This document shows positions 9,879 through 18,942 of a stretch of DNA of 64,000 nucleotides, in pieces. Numbering within the stretch: the first letter of the stretch is position 1; every line of letters starts with the position of its first letter. The notes below the pieces were generated by a model. That model was not told the DNA's origin, searched no databases, and worked only from the letters and a program-made list of their open reading frames with translations. The stretch comes from Minisyncoccota bacterium (GTDB lineage Bacteria > Patescibacteriota > Minisyncoccia > Minisyncoccales > JAGOPM01), in assembly GCA_041651395.1 (NCBI GenBank), contig JBAZJI010000001.1:827920-891919 (forward strand). Direction: 5' to 3'. Both the position numbers and the translations under genes were made by a program.

Positions 9879-10678
9879 TAATTGGCGATTGCGGTCACAA
9901 CTACCGTGGCCGAATAGCTGCCTGCCGACATGCTATGCCCAGCGGCTGATTCGGTCTTAAATTTAATTGTCGTGGTTGTATAATTTGGGCTATTGGGGCT
10001 GCTCGAATAAGCAATTAGTCGATTACTGTATAAAGAATAATTTAATCCGTACCAACAAACATCTATGCCATCATTTGACCCTGCATTGCAAACCGAACCA
10101 TTATCCTTGAAATAAGAAGAAATGTGGCTGCCATCAACCGTAAACCCAAAACTACTCGTGGCCACGGGCGAAATCCAAGCCAGATCCGGCACGCCCGAAA
10201 CCGCCGGGATATAATCTTTGAAATAGGTCGCCCCGGTGCCGCAGCCGCTTGAACAAGATAGGGCGGGGTTAGAGGGATTGGCCGCAATAGAAAGAGAATA
10301 GCCAATAGGGTTATCAGTAGAGATACCCACATCGATAGCCCCGCTAGCCGAACCGCCCGACGAGCCGCCAATAGCGGGAGATAAGGCTAAATTAGAGCTT
10401 GGCAGAGAAATAGAAATAAAATATTGATCTGCGGCCTGTTGATAGCCTGCGCGCAGTAAATAATTTGTACTCGAGACATAACCAGTGCCCGCCTCACCTA
10501 GAGTGTCCTGTAAACCAAAATTAGTGGAACTGGAATAATCTCCGGCCATATTCAAAGAATCCTGCATAAGCAAATAGTTAGTACTGCTGGCCACTTGAGC
10601 CAAAACCGGAGCTTGGAAGCAAACAAAAAATAAACAGAGAAAAAATAATATTTTATTGTTGAAATTTTTTTCTAGCAT
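9878..10678 (-). CDS. secreted beta-rich protein with three S-S-T-N-Y/F repeats (WxL/SCPU-like subunit, tentative)
   Basis: 266 aa with a Sec signal ..FQAPVLAQVASS. It carries SSTNYLL / SSSTNFGL / SSTNYLL repeats. The C-terminal GSYSATVVVTAIAN resembles the GxYxxT ending of WxL and spore-coat-U pilus subunits (from memory). It overlaps the upstream gene by 26 nt. Confidence 0.8.
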   Translation of the reverse strand: MLEKNFNNKILFFLCLFFVCFQAPVLAQVASSTNYLLMQDSLNMAGDYSSSTNFGLQDTLGEAGTGYVSSTNYLLRAGYQQAADQYFISISLPSSNLALSPAIGGSSGGSASGAIDVGISTDNPIGYSLSIAANPSNPALSCSSGCGTGATYFKDYIPAVSGVPDLAWISPVATSSFGFTVDGSHISSYFKDNGSVCNAGSNDGIDVCWYGLNYSLYSNRLIAYSSSPNSPNYTTTTIKFKTESAAGHSMSAGSYSATVVVTAIAN

Positions 10679-11600
10679 GCTTAATTTTCAAAAATAACAA
10701 AACCCCCACTACTAGGGCCAAAATCCCGATAAGCGTTATCTTAGCCCGTTGGCTTAAAATCCAAAAACTTCCCGAGAGCTGATCGCTTAATGGTAAACCA
10801 TCGGGCCCGGCATAACCCCTTTGCACTTTGGCCACTGCCCGGTAATAACCGACATCGGCCGTATTTTGCCAATCTGCCCGGACCATTTTATAAGAACCCG
10901 GTAAAGAATAAAATTGAGGAATATCTTTTTTGGCCACCAGGCGCCCAAAAATATCGGAAATCTCAATCTGGCCCTTGGGAGCTAAATAAATATTCCCATC
11001 ATTTTGAAAGTATATTTTTAACCCCACTCCCCTTTGGGCTAAAGCAGACAGATCTATTTTGAAGCTTTTAGTCGCTCCCGATTCTACCACTTTGCCCGGA
11101 ATTTTTACATAAATCGGAATACCAGCCTGCCCAATCATTTTTGCCTCCCCGGCAGAATCGCCAACGGAATGCTGACTGATTAAAATAATCGCATATAAAC
11201 CGCCCGGCGGCATTTCCTCAGGCAGGGATATCTCTAACTGCGCCCGGGCCAACTGGCCAGATCCGATAACAACCTGATTGTCGACCGTTCTAAGATATTT
11301 TTTCAAAGAATACGGATAAGACGCATAATCGCCAAACTCTAAACCATTTTCATTTTCTTGGCTGCCCTTTAGGTCATTTACCTCTAAAGTATATTCTTGG
11401 GCTTTTCCCGTGCGATTTAGAATAGAAATTTCCACTTTTTCCTGTGCTCCGCCAGCCATTATTATCTCTTTTTTAGCGGGAAAAACCAAAAAGTCGCCCG
11501 CCGCCGGCAAATCCGCGATAGTTTCCACTTGCCAAGCCAAGGCACTCCCGCCCCACATCAAACCAAAAATAATTATGGCCAAGAAAAATTTTTCTTTCAT
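10653..11600 (-). CDS. secreted protein with C-terminal TM anchor (DUF916/DUF3324-like, tentative)
   Basis: ATG 11600 lies 1 nt after the ATPase stop (TGAtATG); the ORF is open to GTG 11618. Signal peptide ..GGSALAWQ is followed by Ig-like content. The C-terminal anchor LIGILALVVGVLLFLKIKHARKK has the topology of WxL-cluster DUF916 proteins. Confidence 0.8.
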   Translation of the reverse strand: MKEKFFLAIIIFGLMWGGSALAWQVETIADLPAAGDFLVFPAKKEIIMAGGAQEKVEISILNRTGKAQEYTLEVNDLKGSQENENGLEFGDYASYPYSLKKYLRTVDNQVVIGSGQLARAQLEISLPEEMPPGGLYAIILISQHSVGDSAGEAKMIGQAGIPIYVKIPGKVVESGATKSFKIDLSALAQRGVGLKIYFQNDGNIYLAPKGQIEISDIFGRLVAKKDIPQFYSLPGSYKMVRADWQNTADVGYYRAVAKVQRGYAGPDGLPLSDQLSGSFWILSQRAKITLIGILALVVGVLLFLKIKHARKKFQQ

Positions 11601-11601
11601 A

Positions 11602-13347
11602 TCATTCACTGATAACACGATAAACCTCCTCGATACTGGTAATGCCTTGGGCAGCCTTGACCATACCGTCTTCCATCATTGTATCCATCCCCTCTTCCAT
11701 AGCCTTGTTCTGGATTTGCTCGGTCGTTGCGTTGTCATGTATGAGCTTTCTTATACTCTCGGTTACTTCCAAAACTTCATAAATACCCAACCGACCCTTA
11801 TAAGCAGATTTTTTATCCCCTCCTTCTTTGGGGCGGTAAAATGGGACTTCCCCTATCTTGGCCCCGGCTTTAATCACCTTTTCCTTTTCCAGAATTTTCA
11901 AAAATCTAGGAACGTCAAAATATTTTTCTAAACTCTCAATATCCTGTTTGGCAAGAAAATACTTTTCCTTTTCGCTTGTTAGCCGCCTGACCAAACGCTG
12001 AGCCATAACAAAATTAAGCGTTGAAGCTAACAAGAATGGTTCGATTTTCATATCCAAAAGCCTCGGAATGGCTCCCGCGGCCGTATTGGTATGCAAAGTG
12101 GAAAGCACCAAGTGTCCGGTTAAGGCCGCATTAGTTGCCAAGGAAGCCGTCTCGTTATCACGAATTTCTCCAACCATTATCACATTAGGATCTTGGCGCA
12201 GCAAAGAACGTAATGCATTAGCAAAAGTCAAACCGATTTTGGCGTCAATTTGCGTCTGGTTGATGCGCGGCATCTGGTATTCGACCGGGTCCTCAACGGT
12301 CGAAATATTGACGTTGGGCGTATTAAGGATATCCATCATGGTATACAAAGTCGTAGTCTTACCAGAACCGGTCGGACCAGTAATTAAGTTCATCCCTAAA
12401 GGTTTCTTTAAGGCTGTCTGAATTTTTTTCAGTGCCTCAGGGCGAAAGCCTAAATCTCCTAAAGTCGCTACTTTGGCCTGCTCGGGCAATAAACGCATGA
12501 CAATTTTTTCCCCGAAAAACACGGGTAAAATCGAAACACGGATAGAAATCTTTGAACCCTCGCTTTGGATTTTGAAACGCCCATCTTGAGGCAAGCGGTG
12601 CTCATCCAATTTCAAATTAGACAAAACTTTTATACGGGCCACAATACCCGAGGCAATCTGTTTGGGCAGCACCATGGCATCATGCAAAATACCATCAACT
12701 CGGTATCGCACTACTACCTCCTTTTCCGTAGGCTCGATATGGATATCAGAAGACTTTTCAATAACCGCATGCTTAAGCAGCGTATCGACGATCTTTATAA
12801 CTGGCAGCTCCTCGGCCGCCTTTTCCAAATCCTCGCCGGGCGCGCCGGCTTTTTCCTTCAAAGTTTCTACCCCACCAGTTTCCGACTTAATCAAATCGGA
12901 AAATTCTGATTCCAAAGATTTATTGTACTGGCCCAAAACCGCCTTAATGCTTTCTTCGTTTGTCAGCCGCGGTAAAATCTCTAAATTGGATTTTTTCTTA
13001 ATAAAATCAATCGTTTCCAGATCTTCCGGGTCAAGCATGGCCACCTCTAAATACCCGTCTTTTTTCCGAAAAGAAACAATATTGTGCGTACGAGACACGC
13101 TTTCGGGAATTATCTTTAGGGTCTCCTCGGGAATTTTTTCTTTCTGCAAATCCACGAAAGGCACGCCTAGAATATAGGCTTGCAGCTTGGCTAATTGGTC
13201 TTTGCTTAAAATTTTCTCCTCCACCAGCTGCTCGGTAAAACGCTTTTTGCCCTTTTTTGCTGCCTCCAAAGCGGTATCGAGTTTAGCTTCATCGGCCAAA
13301 CCGGCATCAATGATAAATTTTTTTAGCTGCTGGTTTTCTATTCGCAT
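11602..13347 (-). CDS. PilB/GspE-family (T2SSE) secretion/pilus assembly ATPase
   Basis: 581 aa with an N-terminal T2SSE_N/MshEN-like domain. It has Walker A GPTGSGKTTT, Walker B DPNVIMVGEIRD and His box TGHLVLSTLHTN. No tetracysteine Zn motif is present. Confidence 0.93.
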   Translation of the reverse strand: MRIENQQLKKFIIDAGLADEAKLDTALEAAKKGKKRFTEQLVEEKILSKDQLAKLQAYILGVPFVDLQKEKIPEETLKIIPESVSRTHNIVSFRKKDGYLEVAMLDPEDLETIDFIKKKSNLEILPRLTNEESIKAVLGQYNKSLESEFSDLIKSETGGVETLKEKAGAPGEDLEKAAEELPVIKIVDTLLKHAVIEKSSDIHIEPTEKEVVVRYRVDGILHDAMVLPKQIASGIVARIKVLSNLKLDEHRLPQDGRFKIQSEGSKISIRVSILPVFFGEKIVMRLLPEQAKVATLGDLGFRPEALKKIQTALKKPLGMNLITGPTGSGKTTTLYTMMDILNTPNVNISTVEDPVEYQMPRINQTQIDAKIGLTFANALRSLLRQDPNVIMVGEIRDNETASLATNAALTGHLVLSTLHTNTAAGAIPRLLDMKIEPFLLASTLNFVMAQRLVRRLTSEKEKYFLAKQDIESLEKYFDVPRFLKILEKEKVIKAGAKIGEVPFYRPKEGGDKKSAYKGRLGIYEVLEVTESIRKLIHDNATTEQIQNKAMEEGMDTMMEDGMVKAAQGITSIEEVYRVISE

Positions 13348-13348
13348 T

Positions 13349-13729
13349 TTATTTCTTGGCTAAAACCGCTTCTACTTTTTGCACCACTTCTTCCAAGGAA
13401 TAATTGGATTTGACCAAATAAGTGGTTGCCCCGGCATCGATAACTTTCTGGATATGTTCGGTGCTGTCCGAATTGGTCAAAACTATTACCGGCGTAGAAG
13501 CGATAGAAGAATTTTTTTTCATCGCGACCAAATAATCAAACCCGTTCATTTTAGGCATCATTAAATCGAGCAAAACCAAATCCGGCTTTTCGTTGACGGT
13601 TAATTCTAAACCAACTTCCCCGTCAAAAGCCGGCACAACGGCAAATCCCTTTTTTTCTAAAATCTTGCCCAAAGTCTCTTGGAGGGCTTTTTCGTCTTCA
13701 ATTATTAATATTTTTGCCATATTATTCAT
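13349..13729 (-). CDS. stand-alone response-regulator receiver (CheY/PilH-like)
   Basis: 126 aa with KILIIEDE...DLVLLDLMMPKMNGF...LTNS...K receiver motifs and no output domain. The stop lies 1 nt before the ATPase start. Confidence 0.93.
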   Translation of the reverse strand: MNNMAKILIIEDEKALQETLGKILEKKGFAVVPAFDGEVGLELTVNEKPDLVLLDLMMPKMNGFDYLVAMKKNSSIASTPVIVLTNSDSTEHIQKVIDAGATTYLVKSNYSLEEVVQKVEAVLAKK

Positions 13730-13771
13730 CGCGCGCCCCTGTTTCGCAGGTTTAGCGCATTATTTAATTTA

Positions 13772-14785
13772 TTATCCCTTCGCACACAAAAAACCTGCCC
13801 AAAAAATAGATCCTTTGCCCATTTGCGAGCTAAACCCCACTTCCCCACCCAGCTTTCGAGTGATAGAGGCAGCCAAATACAGACCCAGACCCGATCCTTC
13901 GGGGATATGATGGCGCACATTGGTGGCCCGATAAAATTTTTGAAAAATATATTTTTTATCTTCTTCGGGTATGCCATAACCGCTATCCTGCACAAAAACA
14001 AACACCTTATCTCCTTTCTTTTCCAAATATATCGTAACATCCTCGCCTTTGCGGCTGTAACGGATGGCGTTAGTAAAAAGATTTTCCAGAACAATATTTA
14101 TTTGGAATGAATCTCCGATAATTTTCGGGAGGCTTTCGTTGGGCGTATAAACAAATTTCACATTTTGGGTTTTGGCAAACCCACCGACATGTTCGATACA
14201 GTCCAATACAATTTTATTCAAATCAAGCTTTTCATTATTCGTTACTAACCGATTTGCCTCTAAACGGCTAGCGACAAGCAAATTAGATACCAAGTCCTTC
14301 ATCCTGTTAACATTATCCTCGAGAATAGAAAAATTCTTTATCCGGCCAGACTCTACCAAATCTTTATTTTCCATACGCATCGCATCCAAGGACCAGCGCA
14401 AATTAGTGATTGGTGAGCGCAGCTGATGAGAAACGATACTAATGAATTCTACTTTCATTTTGCTGGCTTCCGCCATCCTCTCAAAACTGTTCTGCAACAC
14501 GAAAGAAATTACTAAAAGCATTATTGTAATACTGCAAACCGCCAGAATAATATAAGAATAATCCTCAACAAACCTTATACTTATCAAATAAATCAGGATA
14601 TCCGTGACTATTATCAGCAAACCCATAAAGATAAAAAGGATTTGCGGATGCTGCCACAAGGGAATGCCCCATTCTTTAGCCTGATTGCGCAAATTAATAC
14701 CTGTAATAAGCATAAAGTGCGGAACTGCAAGTTCCTTAAAAATATTATAACAAAAAATACCAAAGCAGACCAAAAGGAAATGCAC
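13772..14785 (-). CDS. membrane sensor histidine kinase
   Basis: N-terminal TM helices. H-box FISIVSHQLRSPIT, N-box LFTNAIRYS, and G-boxes DSGYGIPEE and GSGLGLYLA are present. The exact start is uncertain (alternative ATG 14713). Confidence 0.88.
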   Translation of the reverse strand: MHFLLVCFGIFCYNIFKELAVPHFMLITGINLRNQAKEWGIPLWQHPQILFIFMGLLIIVTDILIYLISIRFVEDYSYIILAVCSITIMLLVISFVLQNSFERMAEASKMKVEFISIVSHQLRSPITNLRWSLDAMRMENKDLVESGRIKNFSILEDNVNRMKDLVSNLLVASRLEANRLVTNNEKLDLNKIVLDCIEHVGGFAKTQNVKFVYTPNESLPKIIGDSFQINIVLENLFTNAIRYSRKGEDVTIYLEKKGDKVFVFVQDSGYGIPEEDKKYIFQKFYRATNVRHHIPEGSGLGLYLAASITRKLGGEVGFSSQMGKGSIFWAGFLCAKG

Positions 14786-14809
14786 AGTTTTTGCGCAAAA
14801 TAAACTCCA

Positions 14810-14837
14810 TTGAAATATTTTGAAAATTCGCTATAAT
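14810..14837 (+). promoter_or_regulatory. sigma70-like promoter for the tRNA-Gly/tRNA-Pro pair
   Basis: TTGAAA (14810-15), 16-nt spacer, TATAAT (14832-37), about 22 nt upstream of tRNA-Gly. Confidence 0.6.
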
Positions 14838-14858
14838 ATCACTGTTCTAAAAAATAAC

Positions 14859-14930
14859 GCGGGTATCGTATAATGGCTATTACATCACCCTTCCAAGGTG
14901 AGGATACGGGTTCGATTCCCGTTACCCGCT
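14859..14930 (+). tRNA. tRNA-Gly (anticodon TCC)
   Basis: Hand-folded cloverleaf: acceptor GCGGGTA/TACCCGC, anticodon arm TCACC-CTTCCAA-GGTGA, T-arm ACGGG-TTCGATT-CCCGT. No CCA is encoded. Confidence 0.92.
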
Positions 14931-14969
14931 CATTCTATCCCCTTCCCGGAGGGAATATAATAACTAATA

Positions 14970-15040
14970 CGGGGTATAGTGCAACGGTAGCACGAGTCCT
15001 TTGGGAGGATTTAGTCTCGGTTCAAATCCGAGTACCCCGA
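14970..15040 (+). tRNA. tRNA-Pro (anticodon TGG)
   Basis: Acceptor CGGGGTA/TACCCCG, anticodon loop TTTGGGA, T-arm CTCGG-TTCAAAT-CCGAG. No CCA is encoded. Confidence 0.92.
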
Positions 15041-15046
15041 CAACAG

Positions 15047-15075
15047 AAAAACCCCTGCCTTGAAGCAGGGGTTTT
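15047..15075. terminator. bidirectional intrinsic terminator (tRNA operon / hup)
   Basis: aaaacccctgc-cttgaa-gcaggggtttt, a GC stem flanked by an A-run and a T-run, between convergent units. Confidence 0.75.
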
Positions 15076-15086
15076 CAAATATTGTT

Positions 15087-15359
15087 TTATTTGACGGCTT
15101 CTTTGAGAGCCTTTCCAGGGCGGAATTTCGGTACAGTCTTAGCCGGAATGGTAACAGTCTCGCCAGTCTTAGGATTGCGGCCCTCGCGAGCAGCTTTCTT
15201 AACGACGACAAACTTGCCAAAACCAGTAATAACAACCTCATCACCCTTAACCATAGCCTGAGTAATGGAATCAATAATGAAATTGACCATTTCTTCAGCC
15301 TTTGTTTTCGGCATGCCCTCTTTGGCAGCCAACTTCTCAATAAGTTCTTGTTTTGTCAT
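15087..15359 (-). CDS. hup: DNA-binding protein HU (DNABII)
   Basis: 90 aa: MTKQELIEKLA...GFGKFVVVKKAAREGRNPKTGETVTIPA. ATG 15359 is preferred over the upstream GTG 15380. Confidence 0.95.
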   Translation of the reverse strand: MTKQELIEKLAAKEGMPKTKAEEMVNFIIDSITQAMVKGDEVVITGFGKFVVVKKAAREGRNPKTGETVTIPAKTVPKFRPGKALKEAVK

Positions 15360-15473
15360 TGTTTTTTTTATTTTTTTCACCTTTATGGGGGCGAACCCTT
15401 GTTTTTATTATACTTTTTTAACAAATATTGCAAATTCGACCTTTAATAGTTATCCACAGCAGGTAGCAAGGGT

Positions 15474-17000
15474 TTATTTGGCGTATTCGATGACTCTTTT
15501 TTCTCTAATGATATTAACTTTTATTTCTCCGGGGTATCTTAGCTCCTCCTCTATCCTTGAGGCGATATTTTTAGCTAATTTATGCATACCCACATCGTCG
15601 ATTTCTTCAGGTTTTACAAAGACTCTGATTTCGCGGCCGGCTTGAATAGCATAAGCGCGCTCAATTCCTGGAAAAGCAGTAGCAATCTTTTCCAATTCCT
15701 CTAAGCGCTTGATATATTCTTCCAATGATTCCTTGCGCGCACCGGGCCTGGCTCCGGAAATTTGGTCAGCCGCCTGCACAATCAAAGCTTCAATGCTCTC
15801 AGGCTTATATTCTTCATGGTGGCTGCGCATAGCCACAATTACCTCGTTTTCTACCTTGAATTTCTCTAAAATCCTAATGCCGATGTCCACATGCGTACCC
15901 TCAATCTGAAAATCCACGGCTTTGCCGATATCATGCAATAAACCAGCCTTCTTGCATACTTTGACATTAGCTTTAAGCTCGGAGGCAATCAAGCCCGCCA
16001 AATGGCATACCTCAATAGAATGTAATAAAACATTTTGTCCATAAGAAGTACGGAATTTTAGCCTGCCCAAAATTTGCACTAGCTTAGGATCTAAATCGTA
16101 AATATCCGTATCATAAACGGCGATCTCCCCCGCTTTCTTGATTTCTTCAGCTATTTCTTCTTTGGCCTTGGTTACAGTATCTTCGATGCGGCTAGGCTGG
16201 ATGCGGCCATCAGATATTAATTTTTCTAAAGCATTTTTTGCAATGTGGCGCCTAATCGGGTCAAAACTGGAAATGATAACCGCCCCCGGAGTATCATCCA
16301 CTAAAAGCTCAACGCCGGTCATTTCCTCAAAGGTCCGGATATTACGACCCTCCTTACCGATAATACGCCCCTTAATCTCATCAGAAGGCAAAGAAACGGT
16401 TGTAGTAGTGATTTCCTGGGCTTGCGAAAGAGCGCAGCGCTGAATGGCCAAAGCTACTATTTCTTTGGCTTTTCTATCCAGCTTATCTTTGCCATCGCGC
16501 TCCAGTTTGATAACCCGCTGCATCACTTCCTCTTTGCTGTCTTGTTCTATTTTTTCAAAAAGCTTAGTTTTAGCTTCGGAGGCGGAAAGGCCGGCGAGGC
16601 TTTCTAATTTTTGCTTAGCCTCCTCCCCTATGGCCTGTATCTGCTCCCTGATTTTTTTTACCTCCTCTACTTTTTGTTGGAGTTTTTTGTTATCATCCTC
16701 AAAATCTAAAATCTTTTTTTCAAGCAAATTTTCACGCTTAAGCAGCAGTTGCTCCGTCTTAAGTATCTCCTGTTTTCTTTCGCGAAAATCCGCATCAGCC
16801 CTATCCATTACTTCTTGGCTCTTAGTATTGGCCGCATCCAAAATACGCCTAGCTTCTTCTTTGGCTTTTTGGAGATCGTTTTCTATTTTTTGTTCGGCGC
16901 TACCTAGGCGCTTTCTGGCTATATACTGCCTAATTAAATAGCCGATAAGGGTTCCTAGTACTGCGCTGAGCAAAATCCAGATCATTGTTTCATTTTCCAT
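15474..17000 (-). CDS. rny: ribonuclease Y
   Basis: 508 aa with an N-terminal TM helix, a coiled coil, a KH domain (GKEGRNIRTFE) and an HD domain (LLHDIGKA). Confidence 0.95.
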   Translation of the reverse strand: MENETMIWILLSAVLGTLIGYLIRQYIARKRLGSAEQKIENDLQKAKEEARRILDAANTKSQEVMDRADADFRERKQEILKTEQLLLKRENLLEKKILDFEDDNKKLQQKVEEVKKIREQIQAIGEEAKQKLESLAGLSASEAKTKLFEKIEQDSKEEVMQRVIKLERDGKDKLDRKAKEIVALAIQRCALSQAQEITTTTVSLPSDEIKGRIIGKEGRNIRTFEEMTGVELLVDDTPGAVIISSFDPIRRHIAKNALEKLISDGRIQPSRIEDTVTKAKEEIAEEIKKAGEIAVYDTDIYDLDPKLVQILGRLKFRTSYGQNVLLHSIEVCHLAGLIASELKANVKVCKKAGLLHDIGKAVDFQIEGTHVDIGIRILEKFKVENEVIVAMRSHHEEYKPESIEALIVQAADQISGARPGARKESLEEYIKRLEELEKIATAFPGIERAYAIQAGREIRVFVKPEEIDDVGMHKLAKNIASRIEEELRYPGEIKVNIIREKRVIEYAK

Positions 17001-17042
17001 GTTTTATCTGTTATTTTGTTCAGCCCAGCAATCCATTGCCCG

Positions 17043-17627
17043 TCAAGGTTTTTTCGTCCTAATCACCGCATCAATCATTCCGTAGGTTTTCGCTTCCTCG
17101 GGGTCTAGATAGAAGTCCCTATCAGTATCCCGAGAAATTTTCTCCAAATTCTGTCCCGTATGTTTCGCTAATAAATGATTCAATCTGTCCTTGATTTTAA
17201 GGATTTGCTTGGCTGTAATTTCAATGAGCGCCGCCTCTCCTTGCGCCCCACCAGCAACTTGGTGGAGCATGATTTCAGAGTTGGGCAACGCAAATCTTTT
17301 TCCTTTTGTGCCGCTAGCAAGCAAAACCGCGCCCATCGAAGCCGCCATGCCTACACAAACCGTAGAGATATCAGGTTTGATATATTGCATAGTGTCATAG
17401 ATAGCCAGACCGGCTGTCACCGACCCTCCGGGACTATTGATATAAATCTGGATGTCCTTTTTAGGGTCTTTTGCCGCCAGAAACAATAATTGCGCGATCA
17501 CGGAATTGGCGACCTGATCGGTGATTGGGCCGGCCAATAAAATAATCCTATCCTCCAATAAGCGACTATAAATATCATAGGCGCGCTCCCCGCGATGGCT
17601 TTTTTCAATTACTGTGGGTATTATCAT
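17043..17627 (-). CDS. clpP: ATP-dependent Clp protease proteolytic subunit
   Basis: 194 aa with [27 protein letters not shown] and MLHQ motifs. Confidence 0.96.
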   Translation of the reverse strand: MIIPTVIEKSHRGERAYDIYSRLLEDRIILLAGPITDQVANSVIAQLLFLAAKDPKKDIQIYINSPGGSVTAGLAIYDTMQYIKPDISTVCVGMAASMGAVLLASGTKGKRFALPNSEIMLHQVAGGAQGEAALIEITAKQILKIKDRLNHLLAKHTGQNLEKISRDTDRDFYLDPEEAKTYGMIDAVIRTKKP

Positions 17628-17635
17628 ATTTTGCT

Positions 17636-18883
17636 TTATTTCCCGAGGTATTCCTCGAACTTTTTGAACGTTTTTTCGCTTTCAATCCTGTCTTTAGTAT
17701 ATTCTATGAGGTTCTGGCGGTCAACCGAAGTTTGGCTCTCCAATTCTGGATACCTCGAATATACTTTCATGAGCTCGGCCTCGATTTCATCATCAGTAGC
17801 CGAGATATTTTCCGCCTTTTGCACCTCTTTAAGGATAAAATATTCCTTAATTTTCTTTTCGGTGGCCGGGCGCATGGATTCCAAAATCTCCTTTTCGGTC
17901 TTTTTCACTTTGGCCAGATATTCTTCAAAAGTCATCTCGCCGTCTTGGGTAATTCGCTTCTTGGCCTCCTCCATCTGGGCGAGCATTTCTCTTTCAATTA
18001 GAATGCCGGGTATATCCATTTCTACATCTTTAGCGACCTCAGCCAAAACCTGCCCAACCGTCTTCTCTAACTCGGTGGCAGTTTTATTCTTTAGCAAATC
18101 ATTATGAATCTCCTCCTTGAGCTCAGCTAAACCTTTATAGGGCCCAACGCTTTGGGCAAATTCATCATTGGCCTCGGGCAAGGAAACACTTTTTAAGTCG
18201 TTAAGCACAACGTGGCACTTGGCCTTTTCACCGTTCTTAAAATCAAACTCAAATTCTTTGCTCTGGCCCTGCTGCATACCTTTGATTTGGTCTTCAATTT
18301 CCTTAAGGAGCCCGCCCTTGCCCAAAACAAAAGCATCTTTGCTTTCTTTTTCGTCATTTATCTTAATAGAGAGCTGTACCCAATCGCCCTCATCGGCTGT
18401 CCCGATTTTTTCCGTAAAGCGGGCCAAAGAATTCTGCAACCATTTAATAGAATCTTCTACTTCGTTTTCTTTGACTTCGACGGCGCCAAGCTTAGTCTTT
18501 GCCGCAACTTTTTTATAATCGGGTAGCTTGATAGATGGCAAAACGTAAGATTCGATTTCGAATTCAAAATCATTATTGCGGGCAACTTTTTTAATCTTCG
18601 CTTCTGGATCCCCAATTAAATCCAATTTATTTTCCTTTATTGCCTTCAGATAAGCCGCATTCATTACCAATTCGGCCGCCTCATCGAGAATATGATGCTC
18701 GCCTACTTGTTTTTCCACCATTTCTTTAGGTGCCTTGCCCTTGCGAAAACCCGGCAGCTCAGCCTGCTCAATAATTTTTTCTAAAGCTCTCTGATAATAA
18801 GCCTCAAAATCCGCAGCCAAAACCGTTGAGGATATTTTGATCTTGGATTTGGGGAGATTTTCAATTTTAATGTTTATTTCCAT
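17636..18883 (-). CDS. tig: trigger factor
   Basis: 415 aa. The N-terminal ribosome-binding motif GFRKGKAP is present. The position upstream of clpP is the classical synteny. Confidence 0.93.
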   Translation of the reverse strand: MEINIKIENLPKSKIKISSTVLAADFEAYYQRALEKIIEQAELPGFRKGKAPKEMVEKQVGEHHILDEAAELVMNAAYLKAIKENKLDLIGDPEAKIKKVARNNDFEFEIESYVLPSIKLPDYKKVAAKTKLGAVEVKENEVEDSIKWLQNSLARFTEKIGTADEGDWVQLSIKINDEKESKDAFVLGKGGLLKEIEDQIKGMQQGQSKEFEFDFKNGEKAKCHVVLNDLKSVSLPEANDEFAQSVGPYKGLAELKEEIHNDLLKNKTATELEKTVGQVLAEVAKDVEMDIPGILIEREMLAQMEEAKKRITQDGEMTFEEYLAKVKKTEKEILESMRPATEKKIKEYFILKEVQKAENISATDDEIEAELMKVYSRYPELESQTSVDRQNLIEYTKDRIESEKTFKKFEEYLGK

Positions 18884-18942
18884 TCTGTTTTTCTTTCATT
18901 TAATTCGATAATCAGCCCCGCTTTCAAGCGGGGCGTGATTAT

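Noticed and set aside
13726-14094. 122-aa minus-strand ORF overlapping the histidine kinase 3' end
   Set aside because: It is an alternative frame of the HK gene, whose HATPase motifs are in the other frame.
14873-15094. 73-aa plus-strand ORF in the ORF track
   Set aside because: It is made almost entirely of tRNA-Gly and tRNA-Pro sequence plus the terminator, so it is a spurious reading frame.
15450-15458. Perfect DnaA box TTATCCACA in the rny-hup spacer, together with the gene-orientation switch at 44.1 kb, as hints of oriC
   Set aside because: It is a single isolated box with no cluster or AT-rich unwinding element beside it. The 44.03-44.19 kb divergent spacer contains only promoters and no DnaA boxes. 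No dnaA or dnaN gene is nearby.
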